NCBI GenBank assembly: GCA_965199825.1
Contig: OZ241329.1
Location: 768,001 to 832,000, forward strand
Source: Bdellovibrionales bacterium
GTDB lineage: Bacteria; Bdellovibrionota; Bdellovibrionia; Bdellovibrionales; UBA1609
Length of the DNA stretch: 64,000 bases
Direction of reading: 5' to 3'
A program made the translations under genes and the position numbers. This document shows positions 20,331 to 31,423 of the stretch, piece after piece (position 1 is the first letter of the stretch; every line of letters begins with the position of its first letter). The notes under the pieces were generated by a model. It had not been told where the DNA came from. It made no database searches and saw only the letters and a program-made list of their open reading frames with translations.

Positions 20331-21927
20331 AAGGTCCTGCCGATACGGTGGGTTGAATTAAAAAGTTTTCGTGTGGTGGTGGCGATGATGTTTGCCATTC
20401 TAATGTTCGCCCACCCCATGGATTGTCGGAAGCTTTTTCGCCTCTCATCATTCCATGAATGATAACGCCGAGTGCGACCAAAAAGCCAACCCCAATTGTC
20501 CATGCCCCAATCGACGAAATCTTATTTAGATTTTCGTATTCAGGCAGGTAATCGTAATACCTTCGCGGCATTCCCATAGCGCCCAAAATAAATTGGGGGA
20601 AGAAGGTCACGTTAAATCCAACAAAAATTAAAACAAAACTAATTCGTGCTCCAAAATCGCTACACATACGGCCAAACATTTTTGGAAACCAATAGTAAAT
20701 CCCGCCCATAATCGCCATCAAGGTCCCACCCACCATCACATAGTGAAAGTGCGCAACCACAAAGTAGGTATCGTGAAAGTGAACATCCACCGCGATGGTC
20801 GCCAGAATAATTCCGGTCACTCCACCGATGGTGAAAAGGAAAATAAATCCAAGGGCAAACAACAATGGGGCATCAAAACGAATCGCACCCTTGTACAAGG
20901 TTGCGGTCCAGTTAAAAACTTTGATGGCGGTCGGTACACCCACAAGCATGGTCAAGAAAGAAAAGATCACGCCCGCAAGCTCGGACTGACCACTCACAAA
21001 CAAGTGATGTCCCCAAACAAAAAAGCTGACCGCTGCAATCCCGATACTCGAGAACGCAATCGCTCTATAGCCAAAAATTGTTTTATGCGAAAAGGTCGCA
21101 ATCAATTCGCTTACAATTCCCATTGCGGGGAGGATCATGATGTACACCGCAGGGTGTGAATAAAACCAAAAGAAATGCTGAAACAGAATCGGATCGCCAC
21201 CGAGGGCTGGATCAAACACTCCGATGTTTAAAGTGCGCTCAGCCACCAGAAGTAAAAGTGTGATCGCAAGGACCGGAGTGGCCAGCACCTGAATCACCGC
21301 GGTGGAGTAAAGTGCCCACACAAACAAAGGCATGCGCCAAAAAGTCATACCGGGTGCACGCAATTTGTGGACGGTCACAATGAAATTGAGACCGGTTAGA
21401 ATACTCGAAAAGCCCATTACAAACGCACCGAGCACAAGGAGTGTTGTGCCGTTATTTGTTTTGATGCTGTAGGGAGTGTAGAACGTCCATCCGGTATCAA
21501 CACCGTGATAAAAAAGCGAGAAGAAGGCAATCCCTGCGCCGACAATCAAGCAATACCAACTCATCAAGTTGACCCGCGGAAATGCCACATCCTTTGCGCC
21601 AATCATAATCGGCAACATAAAGTTTCCGATAAAGGCAGGAACCCCCGGGATGATCACCATAAACGTCATGATCGCACCATGGAAGGTGAACATCTGATTG
21701 TAAGTCTGAGCGTCGACGATAGTTGGACCGCGACTAAACAATTCCACTCTGATGAGCATCGCAAAGACCCCACCAATAAAGAAGAACGTCAGCACCGCGA
21801 TCATGTACAGAATTCCAATGCGTTTGTGATCCAGCGAGGTCAGCCAACTCCACAGCCCTTTGCCGTGGTTGATGTAGGACTCTGCGCTGTGAGCATCACT
21901 ATGAGTGTGAGCGGTGGACATGTTCAT
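20317..21927 (-). CDS. ctaD: Cytochrome c oxidase subunit I (A2 type)
   Basis: [34 protein letters not shown]. Confidence 0.97.
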   Translation of the reverse strand: MNMSTAHTHSDAHSAESYINHGKGLWSWLTSLDHKRIGILYMIAVLTFFFIGGVFAMLIRVELFSRGPTIVDAQTYNQMFTFHGAIMTFMVIIPGVPAFIGNFMLPIMIGAKDVAFPRVNLMSWYCLIVGAGIAFFSLFYHGVDTGWTFYTPYSIKTNNGTTLLVLGAFVMGFSSILTGLNFIVTVHKLRAPGMTFWRMPLFVWALYSTAVIQVLATPVLAITLLLLVAERTLNIGVFDPALGGDPILFQHFFWFYSHPAVYIMILPAMGIVSELIATFSHKTIFGYRAIAFSSIGIAAVSFFVWGHHLFVSGQSELAGVIFSFLTMLVGVPTAIKVFNWTATLYKGAIRFDAPLLFALGFIFLFTIGGVTGIILATIAVDVHFHDTYFVVAHFHYVMVGGTLMAIMGGIYYWFPKMFGRMCSDFGARISFVLIFVGFNVTFFPQFILGAMGMPRRYYDYLPEYENLNKISSIGAWTIGVGFLVALGVIIHGMMRGEKASDNPWGGRTLEWQTSSPPPHENFLIQPTVSAGPYEYR

Positions 21928-21933
21928 GTACTC

Positions 21934-22893
21934 CTAATTTTTCAAAGTTTTTAAGTAAGTCACTACGCCCGACAACTCTTGTTCATTGAGTTGCCCAGCA
22001 AATATCGGCATCACGTTTCTCGGAAAGCCTTTAACCACTTTCGCATTGGGCTGCAAAATGGATTCGCGAATGTAGTTTTCATCAGCGATCAATTTTTTGC
22101 CGTCATCAAATTCCCGTTCTTTACCAAAAATATTGGCAAACCCAGGGCCGACCTTGCGATCCAAAGTTGTGTTGTGACAAACCGAACATTTTGCCGAATA
22201 AATCTTTTGTCCAATTTGGGCCAAGTCGAGTCCCTTGTAAGGATCCTTCTCGAGCCACTCTTCATATTGCTTGCGTGTGACCACATGGATTTTTGCCAAC
22301 ATTGACGAGTGGGCCATCCCGCAATACTCCGTACAAAACACTTGATAGTCGCCAACCTTATTGGCCTGAAACCATGTTGCCGAATATCTTCCTGGTACCA
22401 CATCCTGTTTGGTTCTAAATGCAGGAATATAAAAACTATGGATCACATCTCGCGATGTCATAATTAATTTTACCGGAGTATCGACAGGAACATAAAACTC
22501 GTTACTGACTTTGCGACCGCTCAGATAAACAAATTCCCAACTCCATTGCTGTGCGAACACATGGACTTCCATCGCCTCTTTGGGCGAAGTGCGGAGTTCT
22601 TTGTAAACCCACCAGCCCCAACCAAAAACAATCATGAAAACAACAAAAGGAATAAAGCTCCACGCAAATTCCAACACATTGTTGTGTGAAATATAGGCGC
22701 CAGTTTGACCTTCAAATTTGCGACGATATTTGATTGCGAAAAAAACAAATCCACCGATAACAAACACACAAGAAATCAAACTCGCCCACAATAAAAAGGC
22801 GTAAAGGCCGTCGACGTATCCTGCAACCTTACTTCCTTCAGGCGGCATAAAACTCGAACCGGCAAAAGCATGACTTAAAAACAAGCGAATCAT
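21934..22893 (-). CDS. ctaC: Cytochrome c oxidase subunit II with fused cytochrome c
   Basis: DVIHSF, CTEYCGMAHSSM CuA site, CSVCH heme motif. Confidence 0.95.
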   Translation of the reverse strand: MIRLFLSHAFAGSSFMPPEGSKVAGYVDGLYAFLLWASLISCVFVIGGFVFFAIKYRRKFEGQTGAYISHNNVLEFAWSFIPFVVFMIVFGWGWWVYKELRTSPKEAMEVHVFAQQWSWEFVYLSGRKVSNEFYVPVDTPVKLIMTSRDVIHSFYIPAFRTKQDVVPGRYSATWFQANKVGDYQVFCTEYCGMAHSSMLAKIHVVTRKQYEEWLEKDPYKGLDLAQIGQKIYSAKCSVCHNTTLDRKVGPGFANIFGKEREFDDGKKLIADENYIRESILQPNAKVVKGFPRNVMPIFAGQLNEQELSGVVTYLKTLKN

Positions 22894-23717
22894 GGAGCTT
22901 CTCCTTTGGGTGACTTACGACGCCACATTGGGATAAGAACCAATCCCAATACCACTACGATGAGTCCTGCTCCCACACGCATCAAGTTGAATGCGTAAAG
23001 AACATACTTGTTTTCGTTCGGGTCGAAGTGAAAACAGAATAAGATGAGTTTGTCGACAAGAGTACCAATTTTTCCGTTAGAGGCCTCGACTAAAGACATG
23101 CGCACCGTCTGCGGATTAAATTCGATTCCATAAAGATAGCGCGAGATGCGGCCTTCGGGTGTGATCACATAAGCAGCCGAGGCATGCGCAAATATTTTTT
23201 GATCTGGATCCCAGTGAAATTTAAATCCCACACTTTGCGAAATTTTTTGGATCTCATTTTCTTTACCCGTTAAAAAATGCCAACCGTTTGATGAGTTGCG
23301 ACCATACTCTTTGATGTAGGCCAATTTTTTTTTGAGGGCGAGCTCTGGCGTTTCGTGAGAGTCCATACTCACCGCTACGATTTCGAATTGCTCGCCGGCT
23401 GTCCAATCCACATTTTTAAGTGCGGCAGTTAAACCGTTAAGATGATAGTTACAAAGGCTTGGGCAATCGTAATAAACGATCGACAACAAGACCGGTTTTT
23501 TTCCGGTAAAATAATTTTTAATTTTTACGGTCTCGCCCGCATCATCAAGAAATTCGGCATCGAGATCGATGGCTTCACCTAAGTGTTCATCGATGGTGAC
23601 ACCTTCGAGTTCCTTAGGAGTTTTTTCGGCCAATAGAGGTCGATCCTTCATCGGAACGTAGGCGTGAAGTTGAGGGCACAACAAAATAAGGAGGAGACAT
23701 AATTTGGACATTTGCAA
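22890..23717 (-). CDS. SCO family protein
   Basis: CPSLC, WHFLTG, HAS...SRYLYG; in oxidase operon. Confidence 0.9.
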   Translation of the reverse strand: MQMSKLCLLLILLCPQLHAYVPMKDRPLLAEKTPKELEGVTIDEHLGEAIDLDAEFLDDAGETVKIKNYFTGKKPVLLSIVYYDCPSLCNYHLNGLTAALKNVDWTAGEQFEIVAVSMDSHETPELALKKKLAYIKEYGRNSSNGWHFLTGKENEIQKISQSVGFKFHWDPDQKIFAHASAAYVITPEGRISRYLYGIEFNPQTVRMSLVEASNGKIGTLVDKLILFCFHFDPNENKYVLYAFNLMRVGAGLIVVVLGLVLIPMWRRKSPKGEAP

Positions 23718-23725
23718 ATCCAGCT

Positions 23726-24265
23726 TTACTCTGCCGTCTGTGCGAACTTCTCGAGTTTAGCGGCATCGTCGGGGACTTTGTTATTTGTAATGGATCGCAC
23801 AAAGTGCACCAGAGCCCAACGATCAGCCTTTGGCAAATGTTTAAAGGACGCCATTGAAGAGCCTTCAATTCCGTGTTGAAGCACCGAAAAGAGACCTACA
23901 GAATCGCCGCCTTTTTTCCATTTTCCTTCGACCATATTTCGTGGTGGAGGATTAAGCCCAGCTCCCGCAGGGCCATCGCCTTTACCCTCGGCGCCATGGC
24001 AAACCGCACAGTTGGTTTGGAACACAGCTTTGCCGTGTGAAACCAATTCGGGCGAAGATTCCCATAGCTTTGCAACCTTCGAGATATCGGCATCGGCAGC
24101 TGGCTTGTCAGCAGCCAACGTTTGTTCGGGTGCAGCCTCAGGAACTTCTTTAAGATCGATTCCCTTATTGCCATAAATAATAAACGCAAAAAAACCTAAA
24201 GAAAAAACAACCGAGCCCAAGAGAGCAAGGAATCCGCCACGATTGTAAGAGTCGGGATTTTTCAT
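23726..24265 (-). CDS. Membrane-anchored c-type cytochrome
   Basis: CAVCHG heme motif, N-terminal TM, PPPRN. Confidence 0.9.
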   Translation of the reverse strand: MKNPDSYNRGGFLALLGSVVFSLGFFAFIIYGNKGIDLKEVPEAAPEQTLAADKPAADADISKVAKLWESSPELVSHGKAVFQTNCAVCHGAEGKGDGPAGAGLNPPPRNMVEGKWKKGGDSVGLFSVLQHGIEGSSMASFKHLPKADRWALVHFVRSITNNKVPDDAAKLEKFAQTAE

Positions 24266-24300
24266 ATATGAGCCTCAATAATCTTTCTTGAACACAATAC

Positions 24301-24933
24301 TTGAGTGAGAACGAGCGTTCAACTAGCATTTTGAAAGTGATCAAAAACTATCTCGATAAATCTAAATCTGTTTTGCTTGTTGGACCCTTTGCGAGACTAG
24401 TCCCAGCTTCAAGTAAAAAAATTTTTGTCGATGGCGGTGCTCGGCTGCACAAGAGCGGATTGGTTGTGGGCGATGGCGATTCGTATTCTGGACCCCTCGA
24501 CGTTGAACTCCCCAAACGAAAAGATTACTCTGATTTTGCCTTTACCCTACGCCACTTGCCCAAGCACATTTCAGAGGTCAAAACGGTTGGTTTTTTGGGC
24601 GGCCGCCGCGATCATGAATGGATTAATTTGGGCGAGGCCCACCGTTTTTTAAAGAGTCGAAAAAACACAACCTTTACCTTCGATCACAGCATCACCGGAT
24701 TTTCTCAAGGTCGTTTTGATTTTAGAAGGAAGGGTTTGTTTTCACTACTCGTTTTTCAAAACACCCAACTTGAATTGAGCGGAAAATGTGAGTTCAAATT
24801 TCGTGGGCGATTGAAAGCACTTTCGAGTCATGGTTTGAGCAATGTGGGCTCTGGAAAAATAAATCTAATAACAACTGGTCCAGCATTTTTATTTTTCGAG
24901 TCGGAGAACTCGCCGCTCAATGGGTTCGGCTGA
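24301..24933 (+). CDS. Thiamine pyrophosphokinase-like protein
   Basis: VDGG, GDGDS, KDYSD, LGGRRDH, LSN motifs. Confidence 0.75.
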   Translation: MSENERSTSILKVIKNYLDKSKSVLLVGPFARLVPASSKKIFVDGGARLHKSGLVVGDGDSYSGPLDVELPKRKDYSDFAFTLRHLPKHISEVKTVGFLGGRRDHEWINLGEAHRFLKSRKNTTFTFDHSITGFSQGRFDFRRKGLFSLLVFQNTQLELSGKCEFKFRGRLKALSSHGLSNVGSGKINLITTGPAFLFFESENSPLNGFG

Positions 24934-25356
24934 TTTTTCAGAAGCCGGAACGCGGGTAAAGGGCGCATATTTTTGGTCAACTAACTTTTTGGTCTGCTCC
25001 ATTTTTTCAACCAAACTCACCGCACCTTCGCTCGACTCGCTCTTGATTGTTTTTTTGGTAAACCGTTCTTCGACCTCTCGACCTTGACCCGGAAATTTAT
25101 ATTTTACCTCGGCACGCAGCTCATTGTATTTTTGGACCAGCTCTTCGAGTTGCTTGTGACTTGTTACCAACTGCTTCATGAGCTCAGGACTCGAGCCCGC
25201 GTTTCCAGGTTTTTTTAGTAGATGATATTGCTCTTCGGCCTCGTGAATTTTGGTTTCAAAATTCCTGAGTTCGATAAATTTTTTGATATATTCATTTGTT
25301 TGCAATGTGGTGTTGGCGAAGACCAGATTTAAAACGAGCAAAATACATTTAAGCAT
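24889..25356 (-). CDS. Hypothetical secreted coiled-coil protein
   Basis: Signal peptide ending VFA; co-oriented with secA operon. Confidence 0.65.
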   Translation of the reverse strand: MLKCILLVLNLVFANTTLQTNEYIKKFIELRNFETKIHEAEEQYHLLKKPGNAGSSPELMKQLVTSHKQLEELVQKYNELRAEVKYKFPGQGREVEERFTKKTIKSESSEGAVSLVEKMEQTKKLVDQKYAPFTRVPASEKSAEPIERRVLRLEK

Positions 25357-25906
25357 GCTGTTCCCATGAAATCTCTAAGGGTGTGCTTTTTAAAAAAAAC
25401 ACGATCATCGACGCCTTGACCGCGCTGATATCTTGAATTCGAAGCTGGCCTTGCTTTACACTTTGCAAAAGCTCGGGCACATCAAACAAAAATTTTCGAT
25501 CCGAAAGAACGCTGACAACTTCTTGCCGAAGCTCCGAGCTATCAATTCCTGAGATGGTTAAAGTGTAACGAAGATTTCCATCGCGTTGGACCGGAGAGTC
25601 TTGAAAGGACTCTAGCAAGGACTCTTGCGGCTCTTCAACAGGTGGCTCTTCAAACAGTGTTTCTTCGTAAACCGGTTCTGATGGCAAGGCCTCAACAAAA
25701 GGTTGCTCTGCTAGGGGCTCGTCAAATTGATAGTCTTGCTCAGGGGCTTGTTCGACAAAAGGTTCGGGCTCAGGGGTTTGCTGATCTTCATCAAGACTGA
25801 CCACCCGTCCATCCATTTCGAGAAAAACAACTTTGCGGCAATTTGAACATTCGGTGAGACCAAAATCATCACCGATATCGTTCTGGCAGTAGGGACAGAG
25901 GGCCAT
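25349..25906 (-). CDS. Hypothetical zinc-ribbon protein with acidic linker
   Basis: CPYC...CSNC; E/P-rich linker. Confidence 0.75.
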   Translation of the reverse strand: MALCPYCQNDIGDDFGLTECSNCRKVVFLEMDGRVVSLDEDQQTPEPEPFVEQAPEQDYQFDEPLAEQPFVEALPSEPVYEETLFEEPPVEEPQESLLESFQDSPVQRDGNLRYTLTISGIDSSELRQEVVSVLSDRKFLFDVPELLQSVKQGQLRIQDISAVKASMIVFFLKSTPLEISWEQHA

Positions 25907-25915
25907 ACTTTAAGG

Positions 25916-28576
25916 TTAGGTTTTTTTACCGCGCTTTTCAAGCCGACGACGATCGGCTCGGTTGAGCTTTAGACCTTCATCTTGTTGGGGACCAATCGAA
26001 AACTCGCGCCGTGGACTGCTTTGACCCGGCTGTGGTGCGATTGTGCCTGTAGGCTCTTCTGCGCCTTCATAATTGAGATTGAGATCTTCGATGTGGCGCT
26101 GACGTTCGGCCAAATCTTTTGCGGCTTGCTCAGGGGCAACAATCTGAATTTTTAAAAGTTTTTCGACCGCTTCGTTACGAATCAAAACATTGAGTTCTTG
26201 AAACATCGAAAAAGCTTCTTTTTTGTATTCGATCAAAGGATCTTTTTGAGCATAACCTCTAAGATTGATTCCCTCTTTTAAATGATCGATGCGCTCCAGA
26301 TGCTCCTTCCAATATCCATCAATGGTTTGGAGCAGAATCATCCGCGACACCTGATCAAAAAAAGTGTCCATCGTGGCTACTTGTTTGTCGTAGATGCGTT
26401 TGACTTCGGCCGAGACAAACTCGGTGATTTTTTCTGAAGGCCACGAGGTCGCTTCTTCTTCATTGAGGCGCACACCAAACTGCTGTTGCAGCGCTGTACT
26501 TAAACCTTTGAGATCCCAATCTTCGCGTTTGATTTGATCGTTGGCGAAATTATCGAGCAGATCTGAGGTCACATCGCTCAACATATCCAAAACAGTTCGG
26601 TCGACATTTTCGCCGCGAAGAATTGCCTTTCGCATATTGTAAATCGCTGTGCGCTGCTGGTTCATCACATCATCGTATTCGAGCAAATGTTTACGCACAT
26701 CAAAGTTGTGACCTTCGACTTTGCGCTGAGCACTTTCGATTGCACGAGTGACCATGTTGGCGGTGATCGGCTCATCTTCGGGAAGATTCAGAGTATTCAT
26801 AATTTTTTGGATGCGCTCGCCATTGAAAATGCGCATCAAATTGTCTTCGAGTGAAAGATAAAATTTGGAAAGTCCTGGATCCCCTTGTCGACCCGCACGA
26901 CCCCGCAACTGATTATCGATCCGGCGCGACTCGTGGCGCTCGGTCCCGATAATGTAAAGACCACCGGCTGCGACCACTTCTTTTTTCTCGGCATCACATT
27001 GTTCTTTGAATTTCTTGGTCGACTCTTCGATTTTTTGCGGATCCTCTTGGCCAGTGGAGCGCGCCATAAATTCTGGATTACCACCAAGCAAAATATCTGT
27101 TCCACGGCCAGCCATGTTTGTTGCAATGGTCACGGTCCCCTTGCGGCCCGCCTGCGCGATAATCTCGGCTTCACGTTCGTGATGTTTGGCATTGAGAACA
27201 TTGTGGGTGATGCCGTCATTTTTGAGTGAGCGCGAAAGTTTTTCAGATTTTTCGATACTCACAGTCCCCACCAAGATCGGCTGGCCGAGCTCGACTCTAG
27301 ATTTAATATCTTCGGTGATCGCCTTAAATTTTGCTCGCTCAGTTTTATAAATCACATCGTTGATATCAGTTCGACTGATCACCCGATTTGTTGGAATCAC
27401 GTTTACATCAAGATTATAAATCTTTTTAAATTCAACCGCTTCGGTCTCGGCTGTTCCGGTCATGCCCGCAAGTTTGCGATACATGCGAAAATAATTTTGA
27501 AAAGTAATGGTCGCAAGAGTTTGATTTTCGTTTTTTACACTCACGCTCTCTTTGGCTTCGATCGCTTGGTGAAGTCCATCGCTCCATCTTCGGCCCGGCA
27601 TCAAGCGGCCCGTAAACTCATCAACGATCACGATCTCGCCATCTTTGATCATGTAGTCCACATCAAGTTGGTAAAGATGATGGGCTTTTAAGCCTTGATA
27701 AATATGGTGAAGAATATCGATGTGATTGGGATCGTAAAGATTGTCGATGGCGAGGAGTTCTTCCACCTTGTGGTTGCCCTCATCTGTGAGTGAAGCGGTT
27801 TTCGATTTTTCTTCCATCACAAAATGCACATCGATCTTGAGATGGGGAATGATTTTGTTCACTTCGTGATATTTGTCGGTGGATTCGTCTTTTGAGCCCG
27901 AGATGATAAGCGGAGTTCGAGCCTCATCGATCAAGATCGAATCGCACTCATCGACAATGGCGAAGTTGAGTTCGCGCTGAACCATTTCTTCGAGCGAAAA
28001 TTTCATATTATCGCGAAGATAATCAAACCCAAATTCATTGTTTGTTCCATAAGTGATGTCGGCGCCATAAGCCTCTTGGCGCTCGCGATCGCTTAAGTCG
28101 TGAACGATGGTACCGGTTGTCAAGCCCAGCCAATGGTAAAGCTGACCCATCCATTCGGTATCCCGTTTGGCGAGATAATCGTTTACGGTGATCACGTGAA
28201 CGCCGCGCCCCTCGAGCGCATTGAGATACACAGGTAAAGTGGCAACAAGCGTTTTACCTTCTCCGGTTTTCATCTCGGCAATGGTTCCGCGGTGCAGACA
28301 AATGCCACCAATCATTTGTACATCGTAATGGCGCATTTTTAACACGCGGCGAGAAGCCTCACGACAAACCGCAAAGGCCTCGGGCAAAAGATCATCTAAA
28401 GTTTCGCCATTTTTGATGCGCTCTTTGAGCTCTGGCGTTTTGGCTTGAAGTTCCGAATCGGACAGAGGCTGCAATTTGGCCTCAAAAGAATTAATCTGCT
28501 CCACCAATGGGCGCAGTTTTTTCATGTCGCGTTCGTGCTTAGTTCCGAATAATTTGGCTAAAAAAGATGAAAACAT
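25916..28576 (-). CDS. secA: Preprotein translocase ATPase SecA
   Basis: [38 protein letters not shown]. Confidence 0.99.
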   Translation of the reverse strand: MFSSFLAKLFGTKHERDMKKLRPLVEQINSFEAKLQPLSDSELQAKTPELKERIKNGETLDDLLPEAFAVCREASRRVLKMRHYDVQMIGGICLHRGTIAEMKTGEGKTLVATLPVYLNALEGRGVHVITVNDYLAKRDTEWMGQLYHWLGLTTGTIVHDLSDRERQEAYGADITYGTNNEFGFDYLRDNMKFSLEEMVQRELNFAIVDECDSILIDEARTPLIISGSKDESTDKYHEVNKIIPHLKIDVHFVMEEKSKTASLTDEGNHKVEELLAIDNLYDPNHIDILHHIYQGLKAHHLYQLDVDYMIKDGEIVIVDEFTGRLMPGRRWSDGLHQAIEAKESVSVKNENQTLATITFQNYFRMYRKLAGMTGTAETEAVEFKKIYNLDVNVIPTNRVISRTDINDVIYKTERAKFKAITEDIKSRVELGQPILVGTVSIEKSEKLSRSLKNDGITHNVLNAKHHEREAEIIAQAGRKGTVTIATNMAGRGTDILLGGNPEFMARSTGQEDPQKIEESTKKFKEQCDAEKKEVVAAGGLYIIGTERHESRRIDNQLRGRAGRQGDPGLSKFYLSLEDNLMRIFNGERIQKIMNTLNLPEDEPITANMVTRAIESAQRKVEGHNFDVRKHLLEYDDVMNQQRTAIYNMRKAILRGENVDRTVLDMLSDVTSDLLDNFANDQIKREDWDLKGLSTALQQQFGVRLNEEEATSWPSEKITEFVSAEVKRIYDKQVATMDTFFDQVSRMILLQTIDGYWKEHLERIDHLKEGINLRGYAQKDPLIEYKKEAFSMFQELNVLIRNEAVEKLLKIQIVAPEQAAKDLAERQRHIEDLNLNYEGAEEPTGTIAPQPGQSSPRREFSIGPQQDEGLKLNRADRRRLEKRGKKT

Positions 28577-28611
28577 AAGTTTTAGAGAATAGTCCTTTCA
28601 AGAAGAAATGT

Positions 28612-29091
28612 CTAGGAAGGGTCAAAGTTCAACTGCCGAAGACCTTCATAAACCACAACCGCAACTGCGGTTGCGAGATTTAAACTGCGTATTTTGCCGA
28701 GCACCGGAATCGTCATAATCTGGTTTTTGTATTTTTCTAAAATCCAATCTTCAAACCCCACCGTCTCTTTACCAAACACCAACCAATCGCCAGGTTGAAA
28801 CTGTGTTTGATAGGCCGACTTTGCATGCTTCGTTTCAAAAAAATGAACACGCGAAGGATCCTCGACCTTTTTCCACCACTCATCCCACGTTTGATGATGA
28901 GTCCACTCGAGATGTTGCCAATAATCAAGACCTGAGCGCTTCAAATTTTTGTCGGTAATTTCGAAACCCAATTTGCCCACAAGATGAAGACTGCACCAAG
29001 TTCCAACACAAGTGCGACCAATATTTCCGGTGTTCTGCGGAATTTCGGGTTCAATCAGGACAACATGAAAAGAGCGATGCGGATATTTCAC
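28612..29091 (-). CDS. trmL: tRNA (cytidine(34)-2'-O)-methyltransferase
   Basis: PEIPQNTGNIGR, GLDYW, FGKET, RSLNLA. Confidence 0.93.
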   Translation of the reverse strand: MKYPHRSFHVVLIEPEIPQNTGNIGRTCVGTWCSLHLVGKLGFEITDKNLKRSGLDYWQHLEWTHHQTWDEWWKKVEDPSRVHFFETKHAKSAYQTQFQPGDWLVFGKETVGFEDWILEKYKNQIMTIPVLGKIRSLNLATAVAVVVYEGLRQLNFDPS

Positions 29092-29147
29092 ATAGGAGCG
29101 ATAGACTTCGAAATGATTTTAGGTCAAAGGTCGACAAGCCTTGTCAT

Positions 29148-29543
29148 TTGGGATATGAAAAATATTTTAGGGGTAATAGCGTGCAAGATCAAATCACGTA
29201 CATGGGTTACATGTGGGTTCAAATTGAAGATGGAATTTTAACTTTCGGTATCAACGAGTCAGGACTCGATGAGTTTACCGAAATCAATGCGGTCGATTTG
29301 CCTGCCGAAAATGACAGCGTCGAACCTGACGAAGTCTGTGGCGAGATCGATACCGATCAAGGCCCAATGAATTTATATTGTCCGGTTCAAGGCAAAGTTG
29401 TCGAGATCAACGAAGCGGTCGTTGAGAATCCTTCGCTCATTCAAGAAGATTGCAACGGCGATGGCTGGTTATTTAAAGTTGAGGCAACTAACTCGAGCGA
29501 CGTGGATGAGTTTGCTTCGGCTTCGACTAATGATGCGGATTAA
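29148..29543 (+). CDS. Glycine cleavage H-like protein lacking the lipoyl Lys (true start probably 29181 or 29202)
   Basis: WV..EDG..TFGI, LYCPVQGKVVEINE, GWLFKV. Confidence 0.8.
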   Translation: MGYEKYFRGNSVQDQITYMGYMWVQIEDGILTFGINESGLDEFTEINAVDLPAENDSVEPDEVCGEIDTDQGPMNLYCPVQGKVVEINEAVVENPSLIQEDCNGDGWLFKVEATNSSDVDEFASASTNDAD

Positions 29544-29544
29544 C

Positions 29545-29621
29545 GTATTCAAATATCCTAAAAGCTCAGACATGCGGTCGCCATTAGGCGATCCGAACTC
29601 GCTTTTAGGACATTCGAATAC
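29545..29621 (+). repeat. REP-like hairpin, copy A
   Basis: AAAAGCTCAGACAT...CCGAACTCGCTTTT inside a long imperfect inverted repeat; reverse orientation to copies B and C. Confidence 0.75.
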
Positions 29622-29825
29622 TTAAACCTTGGGGATGGTTTTTTTGTGAGATTTTTTTGACGATCATGCCCGGACTCAGATAAATATATTTTGTTGTTCT
29701 TATGATCGAATAACTTAACAAAGCTACAAGTAAATTGTCAAAGATGCTAATCGCGACTGACGTCGCGACCAAAAAGCAGCCTCATTGGACCGTAAACGAA
29801 ACTAGGCAGTTGGACTGTATTCGCA

Positions 29826-30317
29826 TTAACGGTTGTTACAGCGCAGATCTACAATTTTGTCGTAGCGCTCATTCGTATTAGGCAATATTCGAATACTGAG
29901 TGTATGAAATTCGACTCCCTGAGCGACGGTGCTTTCGTCTTTCGAGTTAAAATCAGGCCAGTGATTACGCCAGCTGTATCCAAATTGCTCACAAATTCTG
30001 CTAAAAGCGTCATACGTCGACTTTACAACAAACTCTTGCCCATTTTCCTGAATCCTTACGTTTTTCAATAAAGCACCTCGAGACGAAGGCTCGATCGATT
30101 CGACGACAAAAGAGTTATCTAGCTGCATGACCGCTTGATCATAGGCCTTGACGATTTCCGTCGCTGGGACCTCTGCCGATTGGCTCGAAGTAGTCTTAAC
30201 TGAAATTGCGTTGGCAACGCCTGCGACCATAAAATTCAATGTAAGTATCAATAAATAATATTTTACAGATTGAGCTTTTCGTTGATTCATTGAGAACCTC
30301 TTTTGTTTAGGTCTCAT
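29826..30317 (-). CDS. Hypothetical secreted protein
   Basis: Signal-like segment ending VANA; true start probably downstream. Confidence 0.55.
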   Translation of the reverse strand: MRPKQKRFSMNQRKAQSVKYYLLILTLNFMVAGVANAISVKTTSSQSAEVPATEIVKAYDQAVMQLDNSFVVESIEPSSRGALLKNVRIQENGQEFVVKSTYDAFSRICEQFGYSWRNHWPDFNSKDESTVAQGVEFHTLSIRILPNTNERYDKIVDLRCNNR

Positions 30318-30435
30318 TCTGCAAACGCTGGACTACTTTCTTAAGCCACTAATTCTAACCTACTCGCCGCGATGGCAATCTTAAGATTTTAAATTACAAA
30401 ATACGGCATTTTATGTCTGAAAAATGTCTCTTCGC

Positions 30436-31110
30436 TCAAAATTTAGTCACCGAAAAACTTTGGGACATCAGTGGCATAGGCGCAGTCATTTTTGCAGCGA
30501 AGGACTGCTTTTGCTCCGGGCACGATTTTTTGAGTGGATCGTTTTTTGATAAAGCGGTTCGAGTGTTCTCCACCATTGTTTCTTGGATGGTTGCCGTACG
30601 CCTTAATCGCTGACTCAGGAGATCACGCGAGCGTTCGAAGTCTTTAAATTCTTCCAAAGTCATAGCAAACCGGATGTCCACCTGAAGTTCATCCCCAGCG
30701 TTATAAAGTCGTGCCCGCTCTTTGAGTTTTTTTGCAGGCGACGCTTTTGCCACTTCTTTCTCAAGTGCGCGCTTGGAGCCCTGTGCAAGTTTCAACCAAT
30801 GCTCGGCATTTTTAGGCGTGATCACACTGCAAATTCGATTGGCTTTAGAGATCGAAAGCTGCCCCGAAGCGATTTGTAATTTGAGCTCAGGGATCAAGGC
30901 ACATTTTTTAGCAACTTTATTAAAAATACTGATGAGCTCTTCAGTCATATTGAGCTTGTTGCAGGTAAAATCAAAAAGTGATCGACTCCCATAAACATAA
31001 TGGGTTTTTGCTCGCCAAACATTTTCGATTGAAAGCACCAATTCCGCATCTGAAATATTTTTGACCGACACAGCCTTGAGTACGCGAAAATAAATTTTTT
31101 GATGATCCAC
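30436..31110 (-). pseudogene. Truncated HNH-family paralog lacking the HNH domain (may still be expressed)
   Basis: Near-identical to 36218..37042 up to NDPLKKSCP, then divergent; no HNH motif. Confidence 0.8.
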
Positions 31111-31346
31111 AATTCGCTCCTACTTAATAAAGCGAAATCTATCAAAAAAAATATCCACTGCAAATTGATATAAATAAATATTGTAGGTTATTGATCGGGC
31201 GAAATTTCCGGTGGTGGCTTTTACTTTGTCAAAAAAATTTGAGCGGGCACGACTCTTTACGTTTAACGCTGAACTCAGCGACACTAACCTATTTTAAAAA
31301 ATCCCAATCTCAACTCGAACACGATCTCTAGACTAAGGAATTAAGA

Positions 31347-31423
31347 GGCTTAAAAGCGAGTTCGGCTTGGCACGCGATTGCGCAGGCAATCGAGTGCCAA
31401 ACGCATGTCTGAGCTTTTAAGCC
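31347..31423. repeat. REP-like hairpin, copy B
   Basis: GGCTTAAAAGCGAGTTCGG...ATGTCTGAGCTTTTAAGCC with inner GATTGC-gcag-GCAATC stem. Confidence 0.75.

Noticed and set aside
31368..31381. TGGCAC..TTGC as a sigma-54 promoter (also near 37408)
   Set aside because: Spacing is 4 rather than 5 nt and the sites are part of the REP-like stem
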